From the NCBI GenBank assembly GCA_036850965.1, contig JAZGQO010000011.1:61751281-61815280 (forward strand): 64,000 nt of DNA, given 5' to 3'. Under the pieces are notes generated by a model. It ran no database searches. It saw only the letters and a program-made list of their open reading frames with translations, and had not been told where the DNA came from. The stretch is from Patella caerulea. Lineage: Eukaryota. Made by a program: the position numbers and the translations under genes. Positions within the stretch are counted from its first letter, which is position 1. Every line of letters starts with the position of its first letter. Positions 54,401-58,725 of the stretch are shown here, piece by piece.

Positions 54401-54488
54401 AGTCAAGAACACAAACTCTGCCGAAGTGAAATTAATGTCAGGTGATCAGCTAGGTAACATTACTATGCTGACGTGGGTGTCTGGTTAA
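9515..54488 (+). CDS. TEP1: TEP1 ortholog (telomerase-associated protein 1 / vault TROVE-NACHT-WD40 protein), whole CDS span of about 53 exons
   Basis: Spliced translation matches TEP1 through its whole length in my from-memory comparison with human TEP1. Landmarks: TROVE (exon 4 [54 protein letters not shown]; exon 9 [24 protein letters not shown]; exon 10 SRQFPFRF); VWA-like region; DUF4062 motif [17 protein letters not shown]; NACHT P-loop [14 protein letters not shown]; ESPFNNQ motif; more than 20 WD40 repeats ending at TAA 54486-54488. Exon lengths sum to 8052 nt (multiple of 3) with consistent phases and GT-AG at every junction. Confidence 0.88.
9785..10395 (+). CDS. TEP1: TEP1 exon 2, low-complexity S/T/L/K-rich linker
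   Basis: Acceptor ttatttcAG at 9783-84 and perfect donor CTGAAG|GTGAGT at 10396. A 611-nt open frame [24 protein letters not shown]...[11 protein letters not shown] ends in phase 0. It sits where human TEP1 has its variable pre-TROVE linker. An alternative acceptor at 9715-16 (exon start 9717) is also in frame. Confidence 0.6.
11559..11693 (+). CDS. TEP1: TEP1 exon 3 (TROVE N-terminal part)
   Basis: tgtttcAG|CTT ... AAG|[51 protein letters not shown] aligns to human LLCSTLVSEVNMNNTSDPTLAAIFEICRELALLEPEFILK. Confidence 0.8.
12076..12237 (+). CDS. TEP1: TEP1 exon 4 (TROVE)
   Basis: tttAG|GTG ... CAG|[60 protein letters not shown] matches human ASLYARQQLNVRNVANNILAIAAFLPACRPHLRRYFCAIVQLPSDWIQVAELYQ. 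Confidence 0.9.
12997..13093 (+). CDS. TEP1: TEP1 exon 5
   Basis: attcAG|GCA ... TTAG|GTAAAT, phase 1. [32 protein letters not shown]. Confidence 0.8.
13925..14127 (+). CDS. TEP1: TEP1 exon 6 (RGG-box plus acidic serine cluster)
   Basis: tcAG|CT ... AAG|[78 protein letters not shown] aligns to human QLAKYNPRKHRAKR. Confidence 0.8.
14703..14839 (+). CDS. TEP1: TEP1 exon 7
   Basis: ttacAG|GTA ... AAAAA|GTAAAT, phase 2. [45 protein letters not shown], similar to human FTLKKLVQRLHIHKPAQHVQALLG. Confidence 0.8.
15324..15481 (+). CDS. TEP1: TEP1 exon 8
   Basis: tttcAG|ATA ... TTAG|GTATTT, phase 1. [53 protein letters not shown] matches human [52 protein letters not shown]. Confidence 0.88.
16148..16257 (+). 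CDS. TEP1: TEP1 exon 9 (TROVE core)
   Basis: ttacAG|AT ... GAG|[43 protein letters not shown] matches human [32 protein letters not shown]. Confidence 0.9.
16659..16749 (+). CDS. TEP1: TEP1 exon 10
   Basis: ttaacAG|AGA ... AATC|GTAAGT, phase 1. [30 protein letters not shown] matches human [29 protein letters not shown]. An in-frame alternative acceptor exists 6 nt downstream at 16663-64. Confidence 0.75.
17054..17228 (+). CDS. TEP1: TEP1 exon 11 (second GR-rich insert)
   Basis: tttcAG|AG ... AA|GTAAGT, phase 2. [59 protein letters not shown]. Confidence 0.75.
17593..17773 (+). CDS. TEP1: TEP1 exon 12
   Basis: tatAG|G ... ACT|[67 protein letters not shown], similar to human YDGEMLNRYRQALETAVNLSVKHSLPLLPGRTVLVYLTD. 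Confidence 0.8.
17850..18288. repeat. Two adjacent minisatellites (about 21-bp units 17850..18105; about 30-bp units 18106..18288)
   Basis: gtataggaagcagtagttttgggtg units, then ttcaattcactgtgacatttgattt units. Confidence 0.8.
18331..18398. repeat. (GTCT)n microsatellite
   Basis: tccgtctgtctgtctgtctgtctgtctgtccttctgtctgtccgtctgtctgtccgtc. Confidence 0.9.
18400..18870. repeat. About 150-bp unit tandem repeat, about 3 copies
   Basis: The unit contains ttgggacacaataactc...aattgagctagagtgttcaaacttggtgtatgtgtttattaggtcaataccttgatggagttcgaagatgagcatt...cttagggtaagcagagataagcaatttgattggttgatgctt, repeated three times. Confidence 0.8.
19252..19413 (+). CDS. TEP1: TEP1 exon 13 (VWA-like)
   Basis: attttcAG|AGA ... 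CCG|[60 protein letters not shown], similar to human ALLLIGMMITRAEQVDVVLCGGDTLKTAVLKAEEGILKTAIKLQ. Confidence 0.8.
19505..20400. repeat. Minisatellite of about 62-66-bp units, about 14 copies, in TEP1 intron 13
   Basis: Recurrent unit ggtctttataaggaaatgacattataaactatagggtctttctaagggaatgacatctagtaaactaaaa with minor variants. Confidence 0.85.
20459..20479 (+). CDS. TEP1: Candidate 21-nt TEP1 microexon (GYMPLTN)
   Basis: Strong acceptor tatatttcAG at 20457-58 and consensus donor AAC|GTAAGT at 20480. Frame-neutral between two phase-0 exons. No homology support, so it may be a cassette or pseudo-exon. Confidence 0.25.
21925..22008 (+). CDS. TEP1: TEP1 exon 14
   Basis: ttctAG|TCT ... CAG|[34 protein letters not shown]. 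Confidence 0.7.
22035..22733. repeat. Foldback inverted repeat (about 190-bp arms, about 320-bp spacer) in TEP1 intron 14
   Basis: Left arm 22035..22222 (ctttaaaggacaatattggtgtcagttattatcacgtatgtgatagaactgg...). Right arm 22546..22733 is its reverse complement at about 90 percent identity (...ccagttctatcacatatgtgataatgactgacaccaatattgtcctttaaa). Confidence 0.8.
23072..23335. mobile_element. MITE family 3 copy (about 262 bp, TIR CAGGGGCGGATCCAG, 5-bp flank duplication AGGTG)
   Basis: caggggcggatccaggggggg ... aaaattcctggatccgccactg. Flanked by aggtg on both sides. Confidence 0.7.
23340..23545 (+). mobile_element. SINE-B copy (tail ...ttcattagcccagt..gagcaaaa...catttcatttcat)
   Basis: gcatgtcacatggcttgtacacattggcgtgcacgtaaaagatcccttggcagttggaattcgatataagagtagaccgtagtgccgctgattgggcaaaatttccctcataacacactgtatggcgtatgcccatcttcattagcccagtttaggagcaaaatcccatttcatttcatttc. 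At least 11 copies in both orientations. Confidence 0.7.
23547..23840 (+). mobile_element. SINE-A (tRNA-like head, tctc tail) full copy
   Basis: Head ggattgggatgatctagtggtctagagtgccgcgcttcgacc (A-box-like TGGTCTAGAGTG, B-box-like GGTTTTTGATCCC). Core cctcgtgggtttcctccgggcactctggttcctcccactgctaaagaccc. Tail attattgaaata...catatgttagtcc..aaatcacctagtttgtgtcgagtggacgttaaa. Over 25 related copies in the window. Confidence 0.75.
24148..24272 (+). CDS. TEP1: TEP1 exon 15 (VWA-like)
   Basis: gtttcAG|ATT ... GG|GTGAGT, phase 2. [42 protein letters not shown], similar to human VDRVILLGQSMDDGMINVAKQLYWQRVNSKCLFVGILLRRVQ. Confidence 0.8.
24768..24839 (+). CDS. TEP1: TEP1 exon 16
   Basis: tttttcAG|T ... 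AG|[29 protein letters not shown], similar to human YLSTDLNPNDVTLSGCTDAIL. Confidence 0.8.
25686..25853 (+). CDS. TEP1: TEP1 exon 17
   Basis: ttcAG|G ... AG|[62 protein letters not shown], similar to human KFIAEHGASHLLEHVGQMDKIFKI. Confidence 0.8.
25913..26150 (+). mobile_element. SINE-A copy (5'-truncated head variant 2) about 50 bp before the exon 18 acceptor
   Basis: atcataaggtctgtcatttagtcagcttgatttcgattccccggttgtatgtgacggggagtagggttgactg...ctcccaccgctaaagatccctacgcacatgtgaattattgaaataaaattgac. Confidence 0.7.
26198..26374 (+). CDS. TEP1: TEP1 exon 18 (DUF4062 / pre-NACHT)
   Basis: tatAG|A ... AG|[65 protein letters not shown] matches human [58 protein letters not shown]. Confidence 0.92.
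26759..27036 (+). mobile_element. MITE family 2 copy (about 280 bp, TIR GGSGATRCTCGATTCACAG)
   Basis: Ends cgatactcgattcacagttcc ... ggactgtgaatcgagcatccc are inverted repeats. Three copies total; copy C is in opposite orientation. Confidence 0.7.
27420..27662 (+). CDS. TEP1: TEP1 exon 19
   Basis: tttttcAG|G ... TA|[87 protein letters not shown] matches human [54 protein letters not shown]...ALIYFRDSSF. Confidence 0.9.
27893..28195. repeat. 48-bp minisatellite (about 6.3 copies) derived from the SINE-A core
   Basis: Unit cctcccacagccaatgacctctacgtggctttcttctagtttcctcccacag, repeated perfectly. Unit ends match the SINE core gtttcctcccac.gctaa. It generates spurious 90-140 aa ORFs on both strands. 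Confidence 0.9.
28258..28371 (+). CDS. TEP1: TEP1 exon 20
   Basis: atttcAG|T ... G|[44 protein letters not shown] matches human [38 protein letters not shown]. Confidence 0.85.
28905..29025 (+). CDS. TEP1: TEP1 exon 21
   Basis: tctAG|T ... GAG|[47 protein letters not shown] matches human [37 protein letters not shown]. Confidence 0.9.
29512..29694 (+). CDS. TEP1: TEP1 exon 22 (NACHT Walker A)
   Basis: tttacAG|TCG ... ATG|[68 protein letters not shown]-loop GKSGCGKS, as in human GQSGQGKTAF. Confidence 0.9.
30165..30340 (+). CDS. TEP1: TEP1 exon 23 (NACHT)
   Basis: tttcAG|TGT ... AG|[64 protein letters not shown]. Confidence 0.8.
30997..31144 (+). CDS. TEP1: TEP1 exon 24 (NACHT Walker B region)
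   Basis: tttcAG|G ... AAG|[56 protein letters not shown] matches human TQVLIIDGADRLVDQNGQLISDWIPKKLPR. Confidence 0.88.
31816..31992 (+). CDS. TEP1: TEP1 exon 25
   Basis: ttcAG|AAT ... CAG|[65 protein letters not shown] matches human CVHLVLSVSSDAGLGETLEQ...LALYGKRLEESPFNNQ. Confidence 0.9.
32095..32480. repeat. Tandem repeat of about 30-bp units in TEP1 intron 25
   Basis: aataaacatattcctactcattaataaacatttccttctcatt repeated about 12 times. Confidence 0.85.
32574..32666 (+). CDS. TEP1: TEP1 exon 26
   Basis: ttctAG|TTG ... AAG|[37 protein letters not shown] matches human MRLLLVKRESGRPLYLRLVTDHLRLFTLYEQ. Confidence 0.9.
33048..33180 (+). CDS. TEP1: TEP1 exon 27
   Basis: tttacAG|ATG ... AATG|GTAAAT, phase 1. 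[44 protein letters not shown] matches human VSERLRTLPATVPLLLQHILSTLEKEHGPDVLPQALTALEVTRS. Confidence 0.88.
33209..33474 (+). mobile_element. SINE-A full copy (head variant 2: ggatggccgaatggttag...gtatcataaggcctg)
   Basis: ggggggttggatggccgaatggttagagtgcgtgcgctgtatcatacggcctgcc...ggtttcctcccactgctaaaaacccc...gaccatatgttagtcctgaaatgacctagtttatgtcgagtggatgttaaaccccatttttctctctctctc. Confidence 0.75.
33853..34111 (+). mobile_element. MITE family 2 copy in TEP1 intron 27
   Basis: ggggatgcttgattcacagttccg ... ctggactgtgaatcgagcatcccc. About 90 percent identical to 26759..27036. It ends about 50 bp before the exon 28 acceptor. Confidence 0.7.
34162..34339 (+). CDS. TEP1: TEP1 exon 28
   Basis: atttcAG|GT ... 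AG|[65 protein letters not shown]. The acceptor lies about 50 bp past the end of a MITE copy. Confidence 0.75.
34992..35104 (+). CDS. TEP1: TEP1 exon 29
   Basis: atactAG|T ... G|GTAAGA, phase 1. [38 protein letters not shown]. Confidence 0.7.
35326..35414 (+). CDS. TEP1: TEP1 exon 30
   Basis: ttcAG|GG ... TTG|[36 protein letters not shown]. Confidence 0.7.
35700..35890 (+). mobile_element. SINE-B copy in TEP1 intron 30
   Basis: ...caggcaaaatttgcctaatagctcgctgtctggtgcatgcccgtcttcatttgccaagttggtgtagaaaaataggatgttaaactccatttcattg. Confidence 0.6.
35979..36199 (+). CDS. TEP1: TEP1 exon 31
   Basis: ttttcAG|ACT ... AG|[79 protein letters not shown]. Confidence 0.75.
36644..36778. mobile_element. 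MITE family 1 copy (internally deleted) in TEP1 intron 31
   Basis: ccagggccctgtttcacgaaatttt...aaaatttcgtgaaactggccccagg. Same termini and core as the copies at 61, 38682 and 58189. Confidence 0.7.
36940..37198 (+). CDS. TEP1: TEP1 exon 32 (pre-WD linker plus first WD40)
   Basis: cttccAG|T ... AAG|[93 protein letters not shown] matches human YPRLLPQQAAN...TAVAFSTNGQRAAVGTANGTVYLLDLRTWQEEK. Confidence 0.9.
37895..38019 (+). CDS. TEP1: TEP1 exon 33 (WD40)
   Basis: tttcAG|GAA ... AG|[47 protein letters not shown]. Confidence 0.85.
38428..38577 (+). CDS. TEP1: TEP1 exon 34 (WD40)
   Basis: tttgtAG|A ... AG|[56 protein letters not shown]. Confidence 0.85.
38682..38847. mobile_element. MITE family 1 copy in TEP1 intron 34
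   Basis: ccttggcccagtttctcgaaatcttagctaaagataaaatcc...gttaaaattcgtgaaacaggccccagg. Confidence 0.7.
38968..39073 (+). CDS. TEP1: TEP1 exon 35 (WD40)
   Basis: ttttcAG|T ... GCT|[42 protein letters not shown] matches human SLNCVAFHPEGQVIATGSWAGSISFFQVDGLK. Confidence 0.9.
39647..39766 (+). CDS. TEP1: TEP1 exon 36 (WD40)
   Basis: tttcAG|GTT ... CAG|[46 protein letters not shown]. Confidence 0.88.
40347..40445 (+). CDS. TEP1: TEP1 exon 37 (WD40)
   Basis: ttatAG|GTT ... AAG|[39 protein letters not shown]. Confidence 0.85.
40717..40864 (+). CDS. TEP1: TEP1 exon 38 (WD40)
   Basis: tgatAG|ATT ... TCAG|GTGATT, phase 1. [49 protein letters not shown] matches human LSVALSPDGDRVAVGYRADGIRIYKISSG. Confidence 0.88.
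41295..41401 (+). CDS. TEP1: TEP1 exon 39 (WD40)
   Basis: ttgtAG|GA ... ATG|[42 protein letters not shown]. Confidence 0.8.
41606..42282 (+). mobile_element. Cluster of three tandemly adjacent SINE-A copies (41606..41858, 41872..42003 5'-truncated, 42010..42282)
   Basis: Each ends with ...gtgtcgagtgga.gtt.aaccccatttctctctctctc. The cluster sits in TEP1 intron 39. Confidence 0.7.
42328..42485 (+). CDS. TEP1: TEP1 exon 40 (WD40)
   Basis: attgtAG|TTA ... CA|GTAAGT, phase 2. [52 protein letters not shown]. Confidence 0.8.
42815..42990 (+). mobile_element. SINE-B copy in TEP1 intron 40
   Basis: ...ctggcaaaatttacctcatagcacagtgtatggtaatgcacgtcttcattagcccagtcagagcagaacagtaggaccttaaacctcattttatttc. 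Confidence 0.65.
43171..43270 (+). CDS. TEP1: TEP1 exon 41 (WD40)
   Basis: ttaaatAG|G ... GGA|[40 protein letters not shown] matches human ELRGHEGPVSCCSFSTDGGSLATGGRDRS. Confidence 0.85.
43370..43565. repeat. 32-bp tandem repeat, about 6 copies, in TEP1 intron 41
   Basis: Unit gtatattgtaatttagctgtgtatgatatattag. Confidence 0.85.
43684..43809 (+). CDS. TEP1: TEP1 exon 42 (WD40)
   Basis: ttttcAG|TCT ... TTG|[48 protein letters not shown] matches human LLCWDVRTPKTPVLIHSFPACHRDWVTGCAWTKDNLL. Confidence 0.9.
44095..44220 (+). CDS. TEP1: TEP1 exon 43 (WD40)
   Basis: ctatAG|GTG ... CAG|[48 protein letters not shown] matches human ISCSSDGSVGLWDPESGQRLGQFLGHQSAVSAV. Confidence 0.9.
44254..44551 (+). 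mobile_element. SINE-A full copy (head variant 1)
   Basis: Nearly identical to 47738..48027 and 53294..53583 (more than 95 percent), so recently active. Confidence 0.8.
44781..45049 (+). mobile_element. SINE-A copy (head variant 2)
   Basis: gggggttggatggttgaatggttagcaattacatgctgtatcataaagcctgac...ctaaagacctctacgggcaagcaaattattgaaatagaattaaaccatatgttagtcccgaaatgacctagtttgtgtcg. Confidence 0.7.
45439..45574 (+). CDS. TEP1: TEP1 exon 44 (WD40)
   Basis: atttcAG|TAT ... GAGG|GTAAGT, phase 1. [45 protein letters not shown] matches human VVSVSRDGTLKVWDHQGVELTSIPAHSGPISHCA. Confidence 0.9.
45884..46148 (-). mobile_element. SINE-A copy, minus orientation, ends about 60 bp before exon 45
   Basis: Reverse complement of the family consensus (gagagagagagaaatggggtttaatgtccactcgacacaaactaggtcatttcgtgactaacatatgg...). 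Confidence 0.7.
46211..46386 (+). CDS. TEP1: TEP1 exon 45 (acidic insert plus WD40)
   Basis: attttAG|AA ... CAG|[65 protein letters not shown]. Confidence 0.8.
47072..47283 (+). CDS. TEP1: TEP1 exon 46 (WD40)
   Basis: ttttatAG|GCC ... AG|GTAAGT, phase 2. [70 protein letters not shown]. The alternative donor at 47277 gives a stop in the next exon. Confidence 0.85.
47403..47688 (-). mobile_element. MITE family 2 copy (inverted orientation) in TEP1 intron 46
   Basis: ggggatgctcgattcacagtccag ... ggaacgttgaatcgagtgtgccc. The reverse complement aligns along the whole length of 26759..27036. Confidence 0.65.
47738..48027 (+). mobile_element. SINE-A full copy (head variant 1)
   Basis: ggggttgggatggcctagtggtctagagtgccgcgcttcgacctctagctggccggtcacctctggcttgcggctgtggtttcgagccctggtgtgagcgtatgtggcatggagataggggcgcc...(tc)n. 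Confidence 0.8.
48161..48432 (+). mobile_element. SINE-A copy (head variant 2) with (TC)14 tail abutting the exon 47 acceptor
   Basis: gaggggttggatggctgaatggttagcatgcatgcactgtatcatacggcctgccattgag...tctctctctctctctctctctctctc, then about 25 nt to the acceptor at 48455-56. Confidence 0.75.
48457..48523 (+). CDS. TEP1: TEP1 exon 47 (WD40)
   Basis: attacAG|A ... CAG|[29 protein letters not shown]. Directly follows a SINE whose (TC)n tail supplies the polypyrimidine tract. Confidence 0.8.
49202..49329 (+). CDS. TEP1: TEP1 exon 48 (WD40)
   Basis: attgtAG|GCG ... TC|GTAAGT, phase 2. [42 protein letters not shown]. Confidence 0.8.
49485..49930. repeat. 22-bp minisatellite, about 20 copies, in TEP1 intron 48
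   Basis: Unit ttattctgacataacacccacc, with variants (gacatgacacccacctt). Confidence 0.9.
50258..50410 (+). CDS. TEP1: TEP1 exon 49
   Basis: tttttcAG|A ... AA|GTAAGT, phase 2. [51 protein letters not shown]. Confidence 0.75.
50479..50730 (+). mobile_element. SINE-A copy (head variant 2)
   Basis: gtggggttggatggcagaatggttagcatgtgagcactggatcataaagcctgtcattgagtcagc... Confidence 0.7.
51386..51533 (+). CDS. TEP1: TEP1 exon 50
   Basis: attgcAG|A ... CAA|[56 protein letters not shown]. Confidence 0.75.
52451..52654 (+). CDS. TEP1: TEP1 exon 51 (acidic D/E stretch)
   Basis: ttctAG|GCT ... AAG|[74 protein letters not shown]. Confidence 0.8.
53294..53583 (+). mobile_element. SINE-A full copy (head variant 1), ends 36 bp before the exon 52 acceptor
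   Basis: ggtggggctggatggcctagtggtctagagtgccgcgcttcgacctctagctggccggtcacctctcgcttgtggctgtggtttcgagccctgaag... Confidence 0.8.
53619..53744 (+). CDS. TEP1: TEP1 exon 52 (WD40)
   Basis: attttcAG|GTC ... CAG|[48 protein letters not shown] matches human GSVTALHVLPELLVTASKDRDVKLWERPSMQ. Confidence 0.88.
53965..54340 (+). mobile_element. SINE-B copy split by the nested MITE-3 insertion (54031..54292)
   Basis: 5' part ...gtctgggcaaaatttccctcgtagcacactgtatgacatatgcccgtct and 3' part cgtcttcattagcccagttggagcagaacagtaggacgttaaaccctatttcatttcat. Confidence 0.75.
54031..54292. mobile_element. MITE family 3 copy inserted inside a SINE-B copy (5-bp flank duplication CGTCT)
   Basis: caggggcggatccagaagggggggggtcaaatccccc ... 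aaaattcctggatctgcccctg. It splits SINE-B at ...atgcccgtct|...|cgtcttcattagcccag. Confidence 0.75.
54357..54488 (+). CDS. TEP1: TEP1 terminal coding exon with TAA stop
   Basis: tttcAG|[46 protein letters not shown], then TAA 54486-88. Similar to human C-terminus LGLFRCEGSVSCLEPWLG...GNVYFLNWE. Confidence 0.8.
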   Translation, partial: VGQFFCISPVLTLTEVKNTNSAEVKLMSGDQLGNITMLTWVSG

Positions 54489-54712
54489 ATGAAGACTACT
54501 GTGGAATATGGCGGATAACAAACGGTTCAGACTACTTTGAATTTGATAGTATACAAATAATTGTTAATCGAATTCTTGCCATTTACGAGTTTTAAAATGA
54601 TGTATGGTTATTTCCTATTCCTTCTGAATATCCTTTTTTCTCACCTGAGTAATGCGTAAAACTGTTGTATAGCTACCAGTGACATCATTCTGGAGAAGAT
54701 GTTTGAAATATG

Positions 54713-54718
54713 AATAAA
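54713..54718 (+). promoter_or_regulatory. TEP1: Candidate TEP1 polyadenylation signal AATAAA
   Basis: First canonical AATAAA, about 225 nt downstream of the TAA stop, in AT-rich sequence. Another lies near 54982. Confidence 0.4.
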
Positions 54719-57700
54719 AAGAAATTTTCTTAGCTTCTGCTTTCTGCTGTGAATAAATATGTTATAGAGTAGTATATTAATGTTGCTGTGTAAATATTTA
54801 TAGCTGTTTTTGTTAAATTATTTTTATCAACTGTGATCTAATATTTAAATGTACTATTTTCTATCAGAAATATAAAAAAAAGCATTAAAAAAAAAATTTA
54901 TATGTAAATATTGTAAATATCTGTACTTACTATTTAATCTTTTTAGAAGAGGTGATACCACTTCTGGTATAAGACGTTTGTGTAAATAAATAAGCTTAAA
55001 AACAGTATACCCCTTTTAGAAGAAATGTTAATTTGCTGTAATTTAAAACAATTTTTTGAACATATTTTCTGCTAAAATATTTTGTGAATTTGTAATGAGT
55101 TACGTAACTGGAAAATCAAGATGATAGTATTATTTAATTGGTTAAATGGAACTGGAAAATCAAGATGATTGTATTAATTATGTAATTAGATTACTAGTTA
55201 ATGAAGGGCCATAATGCGAAACACAACCTAGAAAAAAAAACCTTTTTCTCCACACATTGTCCTGTTAAGTTTGTTACTTGGGTATTGTTTTTATTTTGAA
55301 TTATGCATTGAGTGTATGACAGTATTACAGAACAAAACAAGATGTAGGTTATATGTATATATTAATTATTTATTGTTAAGTATTAAAACAGTTTGTACAA
55401 TAACCATTTCATATTTTTTGTACAGTAAGCTTACATTTGTAGACTTTATTAGGAAATATTTTTGTAAAAAGTTAAAAGATTTTGTACAACAACTTTTTTT
55501 TTTATATTACGTAAGCTTATATTATGAATTGTAAATATTTAAACGGGTTTATTTAGTTAACCATTTCATCATTTTTTGTGACAATAAGTTATTTTGAAGA
55601 CTTCATAATAAGTTTTTCTTCGTAAATATTTGAAAGAGTGTAAAATTGCCATTTGTTTTGGGTGAGCAATTGTACCTTAACATTTTGCATCTATCACTGT
55701 GTTTAACATAACATGACATTGTTTCTAAAATCAAGAAAGAACATTGAATTTAATGAGAATAAATTCATTTTCTTCTGAACGTTAACAAAGTTATAACTAA
55801 AATATATTAGTAATTTAAATGGAAAGTGAGTTGATATCTGAATAGGGATTTTTATCTTGCAGTATTTTACCGATATATTATAAATTTCTAATTTACAGCT
55901 GGTAATTAAATAAAAAAAAATCGTTAAAGGATAGGAGAGGAAGAATTAAATAAAATAAGTGTTTAGTCAAGAGTGTCATAAACTATTAAAAGCTTATGAC
56001 AAGATTTCTGTCTTTTGTATTTCATGATTTATGTTATTAAGACTAAAAAGATTCTCAATGTTTAGCATCCTACACAGAGAGCTCGAACAAGATAATGTTT
56101 TGTTTTAAAGATAACAGAAGAATAGATAAATAGGGTTTAAGTTGAATTATATTAAAGATTATTATTTATATATTAGGATAGGGCAACTGGGGAACTTGTA
56201 AATTGCTCAAACTGATTGGGTACAAAGGGTATAACATGATTATTTTATTATATACAGAATTATTTGTCAGTTATGAATAGTTAAAAGTAACTACTTTTCA
56301 TTAAATAATCAAAAGACGATGCGCAAGGTAGTTGGGAGCAGATGGGAGGGAATTTTCTTACAGATAATGTTCAGGGGTATTGGGGTGAGGGAGCAAGATA
56401 AAATTTTTTTAGAAATCTGTTTAGTGATTTGGTGGTATTTAGCAAATTTGTATTTAAATCAAATTACACCTTTGGGCAAGTGGGATGGGTTGGGCTGGGG
56501 AGTGTATATGGTAGTGTGTATGTATGCACTGAATGAATAAAAGGATGACTGATTGTATGCACGAGTTATTTTTGTTAGACTGGGTGTTCCATAAATTGTG
56601 TTTGATTTAATCTCTTTCCTTTTATTTGTTTTAATTTGGATTAAAATCTCTTTTACATAATAAGTCTGGGAAGGTTGCACGCAGCTTTATAATTCCATGT
56701 TTGAAAGAAAAAAAGTTCTGTTCTATAGTATTTACCAGGGGGAATGGGGGGGGGGGGGCATAGGCCTAGTTATTATTTATTTTTTTTTTCTAATGGGACA
56801 AAGATTGATCATTAGGTTAATTTATGGTGCACTTCCAATTTGATTTGCACTAATCTCCATGACTTTTATTCATTGAATGTGATTTAAAGAAACATTTGAT
56901 GAAATATGTTTGTTTGTTTGTTTTATAATGTTCATTTCTGTTAATTTTATTTATTTATTTACGGTAATTATGGAATATCAATTTGGTTGGGTTTTTTTAT
57001 TTTCAAGTGTGAAACATTTATATCAATTTTGTCATTTTTTTAAATTTTTCATGTTCGAAACATTTATGGAACACCCACGCAACCAATAGTTTTTTTTTAT
57101 TAATGACTGTATTCTATGCAATGAGTTTAAACACCAGTATAGAATTCAGAGAGAGTCGCCATCTTCTATTATCAGGAAGCTTTGTTTCACTCTGACAGTC
57201 CTTGTTTTTGTTTGGTTTTTTTTTTCTATCTATGAATAAATTGATATATATTATTTTGATGTCTTTTTCATTATATTTCCCTCAAACCCCAAAAATGCCA
57301 TTGAAAATAATGGACCAGCTGAAACAAAAATAGTCTATGCATGACCATGTTGAATGAATGAAATGGGGTTTTAATGTGCTACTTTCCTGCACCTACGTAC
57401 TTGGGTATGAAGACAGGTAGGGCCAACCATGTGCCTCAGAGGAAATTAAATACTGTCAAGGGTTCTTTTACGTGAACACAGAACCTTGATTTTTTGTTCA
57501 TTATCAAATGACTAGACCACATTAGGCGTTGTTTCTTGTCAGGCCCTCCATCCTTCACAGCCATTTAATTGTGGTGAAAGACAAAGCCTATTATTCGGTC
57601 TACCTATTATCATTACATGTTTTGGGTTCGACTTCATGTTAGAACCAGACAAAGATTGTAATATCAATTGAAGAGAGAGAGAGAAATGGGGTTTACTATT

Positions 57701-58188
57701 GCTGAGACTGGAATAACCAGACACTACAGACTGCCATTAGATTGAGACTTCTGGTGTATTTCGCCGAACATAACTAATTAGAAATTACAGAAACAATCGA
57801 ATGAAAATAAATTTATGCACATTCATATATATTATATATTATATTATTATATGCGTTGCTACCCATTTGTGTCAATTTCTAGGACCGAATGCAAATATTA
57901 GTGATTTAGCACCTTTAATAGTAAAAGTGCATGGGGACTGCACCACACACTACACAAAAACAAATATCGACAATACATCATACTCAAAGACCACAAACAA
58001 ACAGTTCAAAAAGAGTGAATAAATCTGGGGGCTGGCCGTAAGCATTTTATATAACATTTGATTATTTCATCATGTAGGTGTGCAATGCTTGATAAATTCC
58101 AGCAACAACCTTTCTCTCCGTTAAAGTTAATGATCCGTTTACTCCATGTTAACGGATCGTTAAAAGTTAACAGAGCTTCGAGCAACCG

Positions 58189-58353
58189 GCCCCTGGGCCA
58201 ATCTTAAAGTAAAGATAAAATCCAAATTTTAGTAGATGCTTCAATTTTGATTGGCTAAGTACTAAAACCAATCTACTATATTATCCAATCAAATTACTCA
58301 AACTTGGATTTCATTTTGGAATCTTTGAGAAATTTTCGTAAAACATGCCCCAG
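58189..58353. mobile_element. MITE family 1 copy about 370 bp upstream of the FBXO31-like ATG
   Basis: ggcccctgggccaatcttaaagtaaagataaaatccaaattttag...cgtaaaacatgccccagg. Confidence 0.7.
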
Positions 58354-58725
58354 GTCGCATGAATTCACATTCATTGACATGGTCCATCATTATATTTATA
58401 AAGTCAAGTGGTGTGGTTTCAATTCATTTCCTTTGTAGCCTACGTTGACGTGAGACTAGTGGGGTCGCCAGTCCAACATGAGTTTTCTCGCGGCCCTACT
58501 GCTACCCCTATATGCGCAAACGAATTAGTGAAATAAAATTGAACAATGTTAGTCCCTAAATGGCCTAGTTTGTTCGTGTCGAGTGAGCGTAAAAAAAACA
58601 TTTCGTTCTTAATAAATAAACCGAACATTCGGCCCATTGGTCGATTGAACAAAACTGGAGACCCCCGATTGAAAGAATGAAAAAAAGAGTTGCTTCCCCT
58701 GTTCAGTTGCGGAACGTAAACAAAC

